Origin: Deltaproteobacteria bacterium
Lineage (GTDB): Bacteria > Myxococcota_A > Bradymonadia > REDH01
Assembly (NCBI GenBank): GCA_007693585.1
Contig: REDH01000113.1
Location: 2,500-66,499, forward strand
Direction of reading: 5' to 3'
Length of the DNA: 64,000 nucleotides
Within the stretch, counting starts at the first letter, position 1. Every line of letters begins with the position of its first letter. The position numbers and the translations under genes are program-made. Under the pieces are notes generated by a model, which ran no database searches, was not told the DNA's origin, and saw only the letters and a list, made by a program, of their open reading frames with translations. Positions 46,778 through 56,786 of the stretch are shown piece after piece.

Positions 46778-47241
46778 GCCGGTATCCTCTGGGATGGGCG
46801 CGGGCCGACCGCGCCGGTACTCGAAGTCAAGGTTGCTTCAGGATGAATTGAACCGTTGGCGTACCCTGCGCAGCAACGAGTGAGGTCCCGCCCCGCTGGA
46901 GGAGGCGCCCAGAATGAACCTGACCGTCGTCGCGCACCGTGCACCGGAAACGTCGAGCCCTGGCTCCCAGTTGCCCGGGCCGATCGCCTTCAGTGTGTGC
47001 AGTGTACGACCGGCGACCGGACTTGTGCAAGCCGTTTAATAAGTGCATCCCCAACCGCCCACCATCCCACTTTACCCATGCATTTCAGACACCTGCACCC
47101 CGTCAAACATGCACCGCTGCACACATGTTCCGTGTGCGAACGACCGGTTCGGGGCCATGACACGCCGCGCCATTCCCCATTTTCGCGGGCGGTATTCTTG
47201 ACAGCAGGCCGGAGGTGGACCTCGGAGCGCCGTCGCAACGG

Positions 47242-48468
47242 TCAGAACAGGCGCTTGACGAGCGCCTGCATGCCCCGGCTGAATCGCCGGACGGGTGTAT
47301 CCCGATCGAGGCGGAGGAAGGCGTTGGGCTCGGAGCAGGTCAGCGCGTGGTGCAGCAGTCCGACCGCCGCCCCGTAGCGCGGTTGCCGCACGACCTCCAC
47401 GAGTCCGGTGATTCCGCTCGGCATGCCGGCGCGCACGGGGATGCCGAGGCATCGCCGGGCCAGCGGAGCAACGCCCTGCATGGAGGCCGTCCCGCCGGTC
47501 AGCACGGCGCTCTGGACCACCTTACCGCATCCGCTGCGCCGGATCTCCGCCTCGAGCATCTTGAACAGCTCCTCCATTCGCGGCTCGATGATCGCGGCGA
47601 GGAACTTGCGGGAACCGTGCTGCGGCCGTCCCTCCCGGGAGGACGGGAGGACGATCAGCTCGCTGGTGTCGACGAGGTCGGTCATGGCGCATCCACTGCG
47701 CTCCTTGAGCCGCTCGGCGACCTGGGCTCCCACGCGGAGGCCGACCCCGATGTCCCGGGTGACGTGGTCCCCACCGATCGAAAGCATCGAGGCGTGCACG
47801 AGCCGGCCGTTCCACCAGATGCCGAGATCGCTCGTGCTGCCGCCGAGGTCGAGGAGGGCCACGCCCTCCTCGGCTTCATCGGGCTCGATCACGTTTCGGC
47901 CGGTCGCCAGGAGGTCGAGCACGACGGACTCCACCCGAACCCCCGCGCGTTCGCACGCTCTCGCGAGGTGCAGTACCGGTGCTGCCGCGGCCTCGATCAG
48001 GTGGACATCGACCTCCAGCCGACGTCCTGCCAGTCCCACGGGGTCGCGAAGCCCGGTCTGCTCGTCGAGGCTGCAGTTCAGGGGCAGCGCGTGGAGCAGG
48101 ACATGGCCTGCTGCGGGGCCGGGGCGCGCGGCCGCTTCGACGGCGCGCTGCAGGTCGGCCCGGGTCACGGCCTCGCCGTCGATCCGGGAGATTCCCTGTG
48201 CGTGGCGAGAGTGGACGTGGGTCGAGGAGATGCCGAGGAACGCGCGCGAGGTCTCGCACCCGGCGACCAGCTCCGCTTCGTCGACCGCGGCTTCGATACA
48301 GGAGGCCATCGCCTCCATGTCCACGAGCTGCCCCTTTCGCATGCCCTCGGAGCTCTGGGTGCCGAAACCGATGACCTCAACGCGTCCCCGGCGAAGTCGT
48401 CCCGCCACCGCGCACACCTTGGAGGTGCCCACGTCCAGCGCCATCACGACTTCGCCTTCTCGCGCCAT
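47242..48468 (-). CDS. ftsA: Cell division protein FtsA
   Basis: VVMALDVGTSKVCAVAG, LLDLGGSTSDL and VLTGGTASMQG actin-fold motifs. Start at MAREGE (48468). Confidence 0.9.
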   Translation of the reverse strand: MAREGEVVMALDVGTSKVCAVAGRLRRGRVEVIGFGTQSSEGMRKGQLVDMEAMASCIEAAVDEAELVAGCETSRAFLGISSTHVHSRHAQGISRIDGEAVTRADLQRAVEAAARPGPAAGHVLLHALPLNCSLDEQTGLRDPVGLAGRRLEVDVHLIEAAAAPVLHLARACERAGVRVESVVLDLLATGRNVIEPDEAEEGVALLDLGGSTSDLGIWWNGRLVHASMLSIGGDHVTRDIGVGLRVGAQVAERLKERSGCAMTDLVDTSELIVLPSSREGRPQHGSRKFLAAIIEPRMEELFKMLEAEIRRSGCGKVVQSAVLTGGTASMQGVAPLARRCLGIPVRAGMPSGITGLVEVVRQPRYGAAVGLLHHALTCSEPNAFLRLDRDTPVRRFSRGMQALVKRLF

Positions 48469-48470
48469 CG

Positions 48471-49277
48471 TCAGTCCTCCTCGTCCCGGTCCCGTGCCAG
48501 TCTGACCGCGACCCGCTCCACCTGCTCGCCGTCGAGCAGGATCCGTTCGGCCCATCGATTCTCGCTCTCGAGCCGCTCCAGGATCCCGGCCAGCCGTTCC
48601 AGCCGAAATTCGAGATCGTCGCTGGCGAGCAGGACCTCGGTCCCGCCACGCGTGACCACACGATAGCGCGACGCGGGCAGCTTCTCCAGCTCCATGACAT
48701 CCATGCTGCTCTGCGGGAAGTGCTCCGCGATGCGGTCGAGCAGCGCGTGGGCTTCCCGGATCGCCTGGCGGTCCAGGCGAACCCGCTCATCCTGCGGATC
48801 GGACGCGTCGGCGAAACCGAAAATCAGCGGCCGCTCGATCCCGTCCGCGGGTGTCCAGCGCCGGATGGGCAGGCTATCCTCACCCACCAGCCACAGGGTT
48901 CCGTCCGCCGCGGTGGACCGCCAGCGCGTCTCCCGGACCTCGATGACCAGCCGGCGGCCGCGGGCCCGGGCCACGTGGGCCTCGCGCACCCAGTCGAGCT
49001 GCTCGACGGCGCGGGCCACCGACTCCGACCGGAGGGAGAGCACGTTTCGGGGGCGGACGAGGTCGGCGACCTCCAGCACTTCCTGGCGCTCGTGCATCAC
49101 CGCACCCACGACCTCCACCTCCCGGAGGAGGAAGGTGCTCGAGTCGAGGAACGCGTGGGTCCCGAAGTAGAGTCCCATCGGAATCAGGATCGCGGCCGCC
49201 GAGGCCAGCACCATGGCGACGGGCCCGGCTCCCCGCTCCGATTCCGCCGCGTTGTCGTCCGTGTTCCACCGCGTCAT
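48471..49277 (-). CDS. ftsQ: Cell division protein FtsQ
   Basis: Bitopic protein with a TM helix, then POTRA-like FLLREVEVVG.. Position between ddl and ftsA. Start overlaps the ddl stop (ATGA 49274-49277). Confidence 0.75.
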   Translation of the reverse strand: MTRWNTDDNAAESERGAGPVAMVLASAAAILIPMGLYFGTHAFLDSSTFLLREVEVVGAVMHERQEVLEVADLVRPRNVLSLRSESVARAVEQLDWVREAHVARARGRRLVIEVRETRWRSTAADGTLWLVGEDSLPIRRWTPADGIERPLIFGFADASDPQDERVRLDRQAIREAHALLDRIAEHFPQSSMDVMELEKLPASRYRVVTRGGTEVLLASDDLEFRLERLAGILERLESENRWAERILLDGEQVERVAVRLARDRDEED

Positions 49278-50221
49278 GCCTCGCCTCCTTCCCCATCGCG
49301 AGTGGCCGACCCGAGCATGGTCCACACGAGGTCGGCGAAGCTCCACCCCCGGTGGGCCGCCACCCGGGGCACGATGCTCGTCTCCGTGAGACCGGGGACC
49401 GTGTTGGCTTCAAGCACCCACGGGCGCGGTTCGTCCGGTCCCTCTCCCAGCATGACATCCACCCGCCCGACGCCGCGGCACCCGAGGGCGTTCCAGGCCT
49501 GTTGCGCCGCCCGTTCCACGGCGGAAGCCTCGGCGCCCGAAATCGGAGCCGGGCACAGGTACTCCGTGTCCTGGCGCACGTACTTCGCCTCGAAGTCGTA
49601 GACCCCCTCCGCGGGCCTGATCTCCACGGTTCCGAGGACCTCACCGTCGAGCAGCACGACGGACAGCTCGCGCCCGGTGATGCATCGCTCGACCAGCAGC
49701 TCCCCGTCCCCGCTGGTGCCTTCCCGGAGGGCCGCCGCCCAGTCCCGGGCGTCGTCGACGATCCGGACACCCACCGAGGACCCCTCCCGCGAGGGCTTCA
49801 CCACCCAGGGCCATCCGTTCTCCGGCGGAGGATCGTCCGGCCGGGCGATCCACCAGTCCGGCGTGGGCACGCCGCACGCCTCGAAGATCCGCTTGCTCCG
49901 GATCTTGTCCATGGCGAGCGCGCTCGCGAGCACCCCGGAGCCGGTGTACGGCACGCCCATGCATTCGAGCAGCCCCTGGACCGCGCCGTTCTCGCCGAGG
50001 CCGCCGTGCAGGGCGATGAAGACGACGTCGGGGCGAGCATCGATGAGCTCGCGGGTGGAATCCGGCCCGAAGTCGAGAGGGATGACGGTGCACGGGCGAT
50101 CGGCCAGCGCGCGGAGCACGGCCTCGCCTGTGCGGATGCTCACGGGACGCTCGTTGGACTGTCCGCCGTGGAGGACCGCGACCCGTCGTCCGGACGGATC
50201 GAAGTGCCTTGTCCGGCTCAT
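49274..50221 (-). CDS. ddl: D-alanine--D-alanine ligase
   Basis: VAVLHGGQSNERPVS, FIALHGGLGENGAVQGLLE, VVKPSREGSSVGV and EANTVPGLT motifs. Confidence 0.92.
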   Translation of the reverse strand: MSRTRHFDPSGRRVAVLHGGQSNERPVSIRTGEAVLRALADRPCTVIPLDFGPDSTRELIDARPDVVFIALHGGLGENGAVQGLLECMGVPYTGSGVLASALAMDKIRSKRIFEACGVPTPDWWIARPDDPPPENGWPWVVKPSREGSSVGVRIVDDARDWAAALREGTSGDGELLVERCITGRELSVVLLDGEVLGTVEIRPAEGVYDFEAKYVRQDTEYLCPAPISGAEASAVERAAQQAWNALGCRGVGRVDVMLGEGPDEPRPWVLEANTVPGLTETSIVPRVAAHRGWSFADLVWTMLGSATRDGEGGEA

Positions 50222-51330
50222 GATTCCTCCCGGTTCTCGTGTTCGATCTGCGCGAGCAGATCCCTCGCGATCGCCGCGCCGGCGTCCGGCCGGCCCAGAC
50301 GCTGCGCCGCGTCGCCCATCCGGCCCAGGACTTCCGGGTGCCCGAGCACGGGCAGCAGCAGGCGAATCGGCTTGTCGGTGCGGAACTCGGCGTCACTCAC
50401 CAGCAGCCCCCCTCCAGCTTCCACGACGGCGAGCGCGTTGGCCGTCTGGTGGTCATCGGCGGCGTGCGGGAACGGGACGTAGAGTGCGGGCTTTCCGATG
50501 GCGGTCAACTCCGAGATCGTGGTGGCCCCGGCGCGGGTGATGACCAGGTCCGCCCAGGCGTAGGCGGCGGCCATGTCATCGATGAAGTCGTCCACGGTGG
50601 CGGCGAGCTCGAGCGCCTCGTATCGTCGCCGAGTGTCCTCGGCGTTGCCTCGTCCTGCGGAGTGGCGAATGCGGAGCGAGACTCCCTGTCGGGTGAGGGA
50701 GCGCGCCACCGAGGGCATCTCCTCGTTGAACACCCTCGCGCCCTGACTGCCGCCCACAACGAGGATCCGCACGGGTTCGCCACGCTGCGGGGCGACCCGT
50801 TCGGCGGGGGCGAGGACGGCTCCCCGGATGGGGTTCCCGAGGGGTCGGATCTCGGCTCCGGGGAGGTGCCGTCCCGCGGCCTCGAAGACGCTGTACACGG
50901 TCCGGGCGCGGCGGGCCAGGGCTCGGGTCACCAGGCCCGGCATGGCGTTCTGCTCGAGAAGGAAGAGGGGAGTGCGCGCGAGGACGGCGGCGGCACAGCA
51001 GGGCCCGGACGCGAAGCCACCGAGCCCGATCACCGCTGCCGGGCGATGCCGGGACAGGAGCTGCATCGCCCGAGTCATGGCCCCAGGCAACCGAAGGGCG
51101 GCGCGCACGCGGTCGATCCCATGTCGTCCCTTCAGGAAGGCGACGTCGACGGTCTCGAAGGGGATCCCTGCGGCGGGCACGACCCGCGCCTCGAGTCGGT
51201 CCGCGGTTCCGACCCACACGAAGGACAGCGAGGGGTCCTCGGCGAGCAGCGCCTCGCGCAGGGCCATGCCGGGGAAGATGTGTCCCCCGGTGCCGCCGCC
51301 GGTGATGAGCAGGGTTCGTGGTGTGCTCAT
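50218..51330 (-). CDS. murG: UDP-N-acetylglucosamine--N-acetylmuramyl-(pentapeptide) pyrophosphoryl-undecaprenol N-acetylglucosamine transferase
   Basis: LLITGGGTGGHIFPG, GGSQGA, ITRAGATTISEL and HQTANA motifs. Start at MSTPRT (51330) overlaps the ftsW stop, and its stop overlaps the ddl start. Confidence 0.92.
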   Translation of the reverse strand: MSTPRTLLITGGGTGGHIFPGMALREALLAEDPSLSFVWVGTADRLEARVVPAAGIPFETVDVAFLKGRHGIDRVRAALRLPGAMTRAMQLLSRHRPAAVIGLGGFASGPCCAAAVLARTPLFLLEQNAMPGLVTRALARRARTVYSVFEAAGRHLPGAEIRPLGNPIRGAVLAPAERVAPQRGEPVRILVVGGSQGARVFNEEMPSVARSLTRQGVSLRIRHSAGRGNAEDTRRRYEALELAATVDDFIDDMAAAYAWADLVITRAGATTISELTAIGKPALYVPFPHAADDHQTANALAVVEAGGGLLVSDAEFRTDKPIRLLLPVLGHPEVLGRMGDAAQRLGRPDAGAAIARDLLAQIEHENREES

Positions 51331-52649
51331 GGTCCCTCCGCTGCGCGCCTGCGCTTGGCGCGGCGTCGGTCCTCGACCCGCCCTTCCTTCGCGCGGAGGG
51401 CCTGTTCGCGGCGCGCCTGCTCGCGTGCGGCGCGTCGCTCCTCGTGGAGGTTGGGGTTGGCCTGGCCGATGTTGATCAGGATGCCCACGGCGAAGAGCAG
51501 GAGGATGAGGCTCGTTCGTCCGTACGAGACGAACGGGAGGGTGAGCCCCTTCGTGGGCAGGGTGCCGGTGACAACGCCGAGATTCACGAGCGCCTGCAGC
51601 GCGATGAGCGCGGTGAGACCGAACGCGAGGTAGGTCCCGAACGCGTCCCGGGCGCGGAGGGCGATGGTGGTCCCCCTCCAGACGAAGACGATGTAGAGGA
51701 CGATGAGGGTGACGATGCCGAGCAGCCCGAACTCCTCGGCGATGGAGGCGGCGACGAAGTCGTTGAGCAGCTCGGGCACGAATCCCATCCGCCCGCTGCC
51801 CTCCCCGAAGCCGGTGCCGGTGAGGCCTCCCTGGGCGAAGGCCACATAGCTGTTCACGAGCTGGTACCCGCGCGTTCCGGCTTCCGCCCAGGGATCGAGC
51901 CAGGCTTCGACGCGGTCCATGCGGTAGCTGGCGCCCTGGATGGCGGTGGTCACCAGGAGCAGCCCCGCGGCGCCGAAGCCGATGAGGAAGCTCCAGCGCG
52001 CGCCACCGATGAACACGAGCAGTCCGGCCAGCACGCAGAGGATGACGGCGGAGCCGAGGTCGGGCTGAAGCAGCAGGACGAAGACGAAGGGGGCGAGGAC
52101 GATCGCGTGGGAGATGAAGGCCTCGGCGAAGCGGGACATGGCCTGTCCCTTCTTCGACACGGAGTAGGCCAGGAAGACGACGAAGGCGATCTTGGCGAAC
52201 TCGGCGGGCTGGAGGCGCATGGGGCCAAGCTGGATCCAGCGTGCGGCGCCGTTCCACGTGATGCCGATGCCGGGAACATGGGTGAGGCAGAGGAGGAAGA
52301 ACGCTGCGGCGAGGATGAGGTAGACGTGTCGCCGGTAGAGGTCGTAGTCGACTCGGCTGGCGACGAGGAGCGCGAGGGCGCCGAGGAGCGCGCCCTGCGC
52401 CTGGCGGTGGAAGAAGTGGAACTGGGCATCCGGGCCGCGGCTGAAGTAGAGGTCGAATGCCGAAGCACTGTACACGGTGACGAGGCCAATGCTGACCAGA
52501 CAGCCGACCACCGTGAGGAGGGTGACGTCGACCGGGCCACGGCGGCCGTCGCCGGGTGAGTTCGGCCTGGGGACGCTCTGCGGACCCTTCGGGGATTCGC
52601 GAAGGCTCCGTGCTCCGATCTGGAAGAATCGCGTGATGTGCTGGGCCAT
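51327..52649 (-). CDS. ftsW: SEDS-family peptidoglycan glycosyltransferase FtsW
   Basis: Polytopic protein with LQPAEFAKI, QPDLGSA, NDFVAASIAEEFG and PTKGLTLPFVSYG motifs, in dcw context. Confidence 0.9.
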   Translation of the reverse strand: MAQHITRFFQIGARSLRESPKGPQSVPRPNSPGDGRRGPVDVTLLTVVGCLVSIGLVTVYSASAFDLYFSRGPDAQFHFFHRQAQGALLGALALLVASRVDYDLYRRHVYLILAAAFFLLCLTHVPGIGITWNGAARWIQLGPMRLQPAEFAKIAFVVFLAYSVSKKGQAMSRFAEAFISHAIVLAPFVFVLLLQPDLGSAVILCVLAGLLVFIGGARWSFLIGFGAAGLLLVTTAIQGASYRMDRVEAWLDPWAEAGTRGYQLVNSYVAFAQGGLTGTGFGEGSGRMGFVPELLNDFVAASIAEEFGLLGIVTLIVLYIVFVWRGTTIALRARDAFGTYLAFGLTALIALQALVNLGVVTGTLPTKGLTLPFVSYGRTSLILLLFAVGILINIGQANPNLHEERRAAREQARREQALRAKEGRVEDRRRAKRRRAAEGP

Positions 52650-52661
52650 CGGTCGTCTCCG

Positions 52662-53801
52662 TCAGCGAAGCTTGAGGCTGGCGAGGGCCAGGACGCAGAG
52701 CAGGATCGAGAGGATCCAGAAGCGCACGGTGATCTGGGACTCCGACCAGTTCTTCTTCTCGAAGTGATGGTGGATCGGTGCCATGAGGAACACGCGCTTG
52801 CCGGTCAGTTTGTAGTAGTAGCGCTGGATGAGGACGGAGAGCGCCTCGACGACGAAGATACCGAGGATGATCGCGCTGAGCAGCTCGTTCTTGGTGAGGA
52901 CGGCGACGGTTCCGAGGGCTCCGCCGAGGGCGAGGCTTCCGACGTCACCCATGAAGACCTGTGCCGGGTAGGTGTTGTACCAGAGGAACCCGACCCCGGC
53001 GCCGACGATGGCGGCGCAGAAGATCGCGAGCTCCTGCGCGCCTTCGACCCTGGGGATGCGGAGATACTCGGCCACCTCGAAGGAGGCCCAGGTCTCCACC
53101 CCGGCAACGGCGACCGGCATGGTGATGACCGTGGCGCTCATGTAGGCGAGCAATCCGAAGGTGGCGGCCGCGACGATGGTGGGTCCGATGGCGAGGCCGT
53201 CGAGGCCGTCCGTGAGGTTCACGGCATTGGACGCTCCGGCGATGACGAACATGGAGAAGGCGATGTAGAGGACGATCGGGAGGTCGAGGGTGAAGCGATC
53301 GACGCTGACGAACGGGAAGTAGAGGGTGGTCGAGAAGGCGACGTCACTGCCCCAGAACAGCCAGGCCATCACGCCGGCGGCGATCGCGAACTGACCGAGC
53401 AGCTTTCCCTTCTCGCTGAGGCCGGCGGAGCCCCGCTGCCCGAGCTTCAGGGCATCGTCCAGGAATCCGATGGCGGCGAAGCAGAAGGTCACCGCCATGA
53501 CCATCCAGACGAGCGGGTTGCGGAGATCGGACCACATGAAGGTGGTCAGGAGCACGGCGACGACCAGCAGGATGCCGCCCATCGTGGGGGTGTTGCGCTT
53601 GGCCTGATGATTGTCGTCGAGCTCTTCGCGAATGACCTGGCCGATCTGCCGTTGCTGGAGGAGTCGGATGAACCACGGATAGAGGGCCCACGTGATGGTG
53701 AGGGACGTCACCATGGCCACCAGCACACGGAAGCTGGGGTACCGGAAGACGTTGAGCGGGCTGAACACCTCGCGCAGCTCGAACAGCAGGTGAAACAGCA
53801 T
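52662..53801 (-). CDS. mraY: Phospho-N-acetylmuramoyl-pentapeptide-transferase
   Basis: TPTMGG, NAVNLTDGLDGLA, VFMGDVGSLALGG and APIHHHFE motifs. Confidence 0.95.
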   Translation of the reverse strand: MLFHLLFELREVFSPLNVFRYPSFRVLVAMVTSLTITWALYPWFIRLLQQRQIGQVIREELDDNHQAKRNTPTMGGILLVVAVLLTTFMWSDLRNPLVWMVMAVTFCFAAIGFLDDALKLGQRGSAGLSEKGKLLGQFAIAAGVMAWLFWGSDVAFSTTLYFPFVSVDRFTLDLPIVLYIAFSMFVIAGASNAVNLTDGLDGLAIGPTIVAAATFGLLAYMSATVITMPVAVAGVETWASFEVAEYLRIPRVEGAQELAIFCAAIVGAGVGFLWYNTYPAQVFMGDVGSLALGGALGTVAVLTKNELLSAIILGIFVVEALSVLIQRYYYKLTGKRVFLMAPIHHHFEKKNWSESQITVRFWILSILLCVLALASLKLR

Positions 53802-53804
53802 GGG

Positions 53805-56786
53805 TCAGTTCTCCCTCCAGACGGCCTCGAGGGCCGGGATCAGCAACTCCAGCCGGACGGAGCGACTTGCCTTCAGCAGGATCGTCGCGCCGGGCGGCAC
53901 GTCGGCGAGCAGCCGGGCGACGCTCTCGACGGACTCTTCCCGACGGACCGCAGCGCCGGTATCGGCTGCCGCCGCGCCGTCCACCATGGCGTGCGCCTCG
54001 GCGTCCGTGCCCACCACGAGGACCCGGTCCGCCGCGCGCGCAGCGAAGGCGCCGACCTCGGTGTGAAGCCGTACCGCGGCCGGGCCGAGCTCGCGCATCG
54101 GGCCGAGAACCGCAACCCGCGGTGTGGCGGAGCGGGCGAGCAGCGCGAGGGACGCCCGCATGCTGTCGGGGTTGGCGTTGTAGGCATCGTCGATCAGCAT
54201 GCGACCGGCGATCTCGAGGTGGCGCAGCCTCCCCTCCGGAAGTGCGGGCAGCTCCCGAAGTCGTCGCGCGAGGGTCTCGGCGTCGAGGAGAAGGCTCGGG
54301 AGATCCTGCACGCGGGCGCCGTCTCCGGCGTGCGCTGCGGCCTCGGCGAGCAGTGCGGCGGCGAGGTTGGAAGCATTGTGGGGCCCGGGGAGCGGAAGGT
54401 CGACGACCGCCTGCCAGGCGCCGGCCCGCAGCGTGATCGGCCCATGCGGATCGGGTCGTGACCAGGTCAGGTCGGCGGCTCCGCCCGCGTCACCGAAGGT
54501 CCAGACCGCTGCGGGGTGCCCCTGCAGCCGGACCTGCCACCGGGCCATCTCCGAAGCCGGGAGCACGACGACATCGGGCGTGGCGCTGCGGAGAAACCCG
54601 GACTTCGCGTGACGAACATGCTCGAGGGTGCCTCCGAAGCCCTCGAGATGGGCTTCGCCGATGGAGGTGACGACCATGACCTCGGGCTGGGCCATCGCGG
54701 CGAGGTCCACGATGTCGTCGGGGGCATTGGCGCCCATCTCCAGGATGGCGCACCGGTGCCCTGCCCCGAGCCTGGAGACGGTGAGCGGGAGGCCGAGGTG
54801 GTTGTTCCAGTTGCCGGGCGTGGCGTGGGCCGGAAGACGGCTGAGATGGTGCAGCAGCTCCTTGGTGGTCGTCTTCCCGTTGGAGCCGGTGAGGCCGACG
54901 ACGCGCAGGCCGCCGGCGCGCGCGCGGGCCTCCTCGAGGATGCCGCGGGTGAGGCGACCCAGCGCGGCCACCGGATCGGCGACACGGATGACAGCGACGT
55001 CCGACGGGAGGTCGGCGACCGGGTGCTGGAGGATGATCGCACCTGCGCCCGCGGCGGCGGCGGACGGCGCGTGGGCGTGACCGTCGGAGCGTTCTCCGGG
55101 GAGGGCCACGAACACGGCGCCGTCGTCGACCTTCCGGCTGTCGGTCTGCAGCGAGCCGAGCAGCCGGCGGCCGGGACGCACGAGCGTCCCGCCGAGCGCG
55201 GTCGCCAGTCGGGACGGCGACCAGCCGGCAAGCAGCGGGCACCGGTCATGCGGGATCGAACGGAGGCGAGCGGCCTCGATGCGCCGGACTTCTTCGGCGT
55301 CATCGAAGTGAAGGGAGCGCCCTCCGATCCGCTGCTCTCGCTCGTGGCCCTTCCCGGCCACGAGCACGATGTCGGTCGGGAGCGCGATGGCACGTGCGAT
55401 GGCGGCCGTTCGATCCGGCTCCACGGCGACCCGGCCCCGAACGCCATCGGGGACTCCGGCGAGCATGTCGGCAATGATCGCGGAGGGGTCCTCGGACCTC
55501 GGGTTGTCGGAGGAGAAGAACGCGTGGCGCGCCCCGGAGGCGGCGGCGGCGCCCATGGGACCGCGCTTGCTCCGGTCGCGGTCTCCGCCGCACCCGATCA
55601 CGACGGCGGCCTCGTGTGCGCCGGCCTGTGCAAGGGTGTGGAGGGCATTGCGAAGCGCGTCGGGGGTGTGGGCGTAGTCGACGAACACCGGTCGCTCAGG
55701 GCGACCGGGCAGCGCGGGCTCCATGCGGCCGGGGACCCCGGGAAAGTCGGCGAGGGCATTGCCGAGCGCGTCCCGCTGCCCGGGGTGTCGCGCCAGGGCC
55801 ATGGCGAGAGCGACCGCGGCGTTGGCGACCTGCCAGCCCCCCACGAAGGGGGACTCGTGGCGGGAAACCTCACCGTCGAACGCGAGCTGCAGGGGCGTTC
55901 CCTGCAGGGTCCAGGCGGTGGCCGGGCGCAGGGCGAGGGCTGTGGCCCGTGAGACCGCACCGGGTGTCGGCGAGGCGCTGCCCGTGCACCACCAGATCCG
56001 GGTCCCTGCGGGGAGCGCGGCGGCGATCCGCCCGGACGCGGCGTCCTCTCCCCAGAACACGGCAGACGGGGTCTTTCCGGCCGCGCGAGCGCGCTCGACA
56101 TGCTCCGTGAACAGGGTGGTCTTGGCAGCCTCGTAGGCCTCCATGCTCCCGTGGAAGTCCAGGTGATCCCGGGACAGGTTGGTGAAGGCGACGACATCGG
56201 GAACGAGCCCATCGAGCCGACCGAGGTCGAGTCCGTGGCTGGATGCCTCGATGACGAGGGATGTCGCTCCGGCGGCCAGCGCGCGCGCGGCGAAGTCGTG
56301 GAGGGTGATGCCGTCCGGGGTGGTGTTGGCGGAGGTCTCCCGCAGGTGCTCGAAGTGATTGCCCGTGGTCCCCACCACCGCCGGCCGCTCGCCGACGGCC
56401 GCGAGCAGGTGGGCGAGGATCGCGCTCGTGGAGGTCTTGCCGTTGGTCCCGGTAATGGCGTGCACCACCAGCCTGCGCAGCGGCTCTCCGTGCAGTCGGG
56501 CGCCGAGGCGGGCGACGGAGCGGGAGTCGAGGGGCATGGTCCACACGGGCACGGCGACTTGCGGAGGTACCGCATCCTGGTCCTCCGCGATCACGGCGAC
56601 GGCGCCGCGCTCAACGGCACTGCCAATGAAGCGGTGTCCGTCGGTCCGGGCTCCGCGCCGGGCGAGGAAGGCCGTTCCCGGTCCGGCGCATCGGCTGTCG
56701 AGTGTGAGCGCGCGGATCTGCACGTCGCCGGGCACGACGCACCGCGCACCGAAGGGCTGCAGCAGATCGGAGAGCAGCCAGGTCAC
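53805..56786 (-). CDS. murE/murF: Fused MurE-MurF: UDP-MurNAc-L-Ala-D-Glu:meso-DAP ligase joined to UDP-MurNAc-tripeptide:D-Ala-D-Ala ligase in one 993-aa ORF
   Basis: N-terminal half: ITGTNGKTST, EASSHGL, DYAHTPDAL and DNPR (meso-DAP-type) motifs. C-terminal half: DSRKVDDGAVFVAL.GERSDGH, GLTGSNGKTTTKE and DDAYNANPDSM motifs. There is no stop between the halves. GTG start overlaps the ftsI stop (56783-56786). Confidence 0.85.
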   Translation of the reverse strand: MTWLLSDLLQPFGARCVVPGDVQIRALTLDSRCAGPGTAFLARRGARTDGHRFIGSAVERGAVAVIAEDQDAVPPQVAVPVWTMPLDSRSVARLGARLHGEPLRRLVVHAITGTNGKTSTSAILAHLLAAVGERPAVVGTTGNHFEHLRETSANTTPDGITLHDFAARALAAGATSLVIEASSHGLDLGRLDGLVPDVVAFTNLSRDHLDFHGSMEAYEAAKTTLFTEHVERARAAGKTPSAVFWGEDAASGRIAAALPAGTRIWWCTGSASPTPGAVSRATALALRPATAWTLQGTPLQLAFDGEVSRHESPFVGGWQVANAAVALAMALARHPGQRDALGNALADFPGVPGRMEPALPGRPERPVFVDYAHTPDALRNALHTLAQAGAHEAAVVIGCGGDRDRSKRGPMGAAAASGARHAFFSSDNPRSEDPSAIIADMLAGVPDGVRGRVAVEPDRTAAIARAIALPTDIVLVAGKGHEREQRIGGRSLHFDDAEEVRRIEAARLRSIPHDRCPLLAGWSPSRLATALGGTLVRPGRRLLGSLQTDSRKVDDGAVFVALPGERSDGHAHAPSAAAAGAGAIILQHPVADLPSDVAVIRVADPVAALGRLTRGILEEARARAGGLRVVGLTGSNGKTTTKELLHHLSRLPAHATPGNWNNHLGLPLTVSRLGAGHRCAILEMGANAPDDIVDLAAMAQPEVMVVTSIGEAHLEGFGGTLEHVRHAKSGFLRSATPDVVVLPASEMARWQVRLQGHPAAVWTFGDAGGAADLTWSRPDPHGPITLRAGAWQAVVDLPLPGPHNASNLAAALLAEAAAHAGDGARVQDLPSLLLDAETLARRLRELPALPEGRLRHLEIAGRMLIDDAYNANPDSMRASLALLARSATPRVAVLGPMRELGPAAVRLHTEVGAFAARAADRVLVVGTDAEAHAMVDGAAAADTGAAVRREESVESVARLLADVPPGATILLKASRSVRLELLIPALEAVWREN

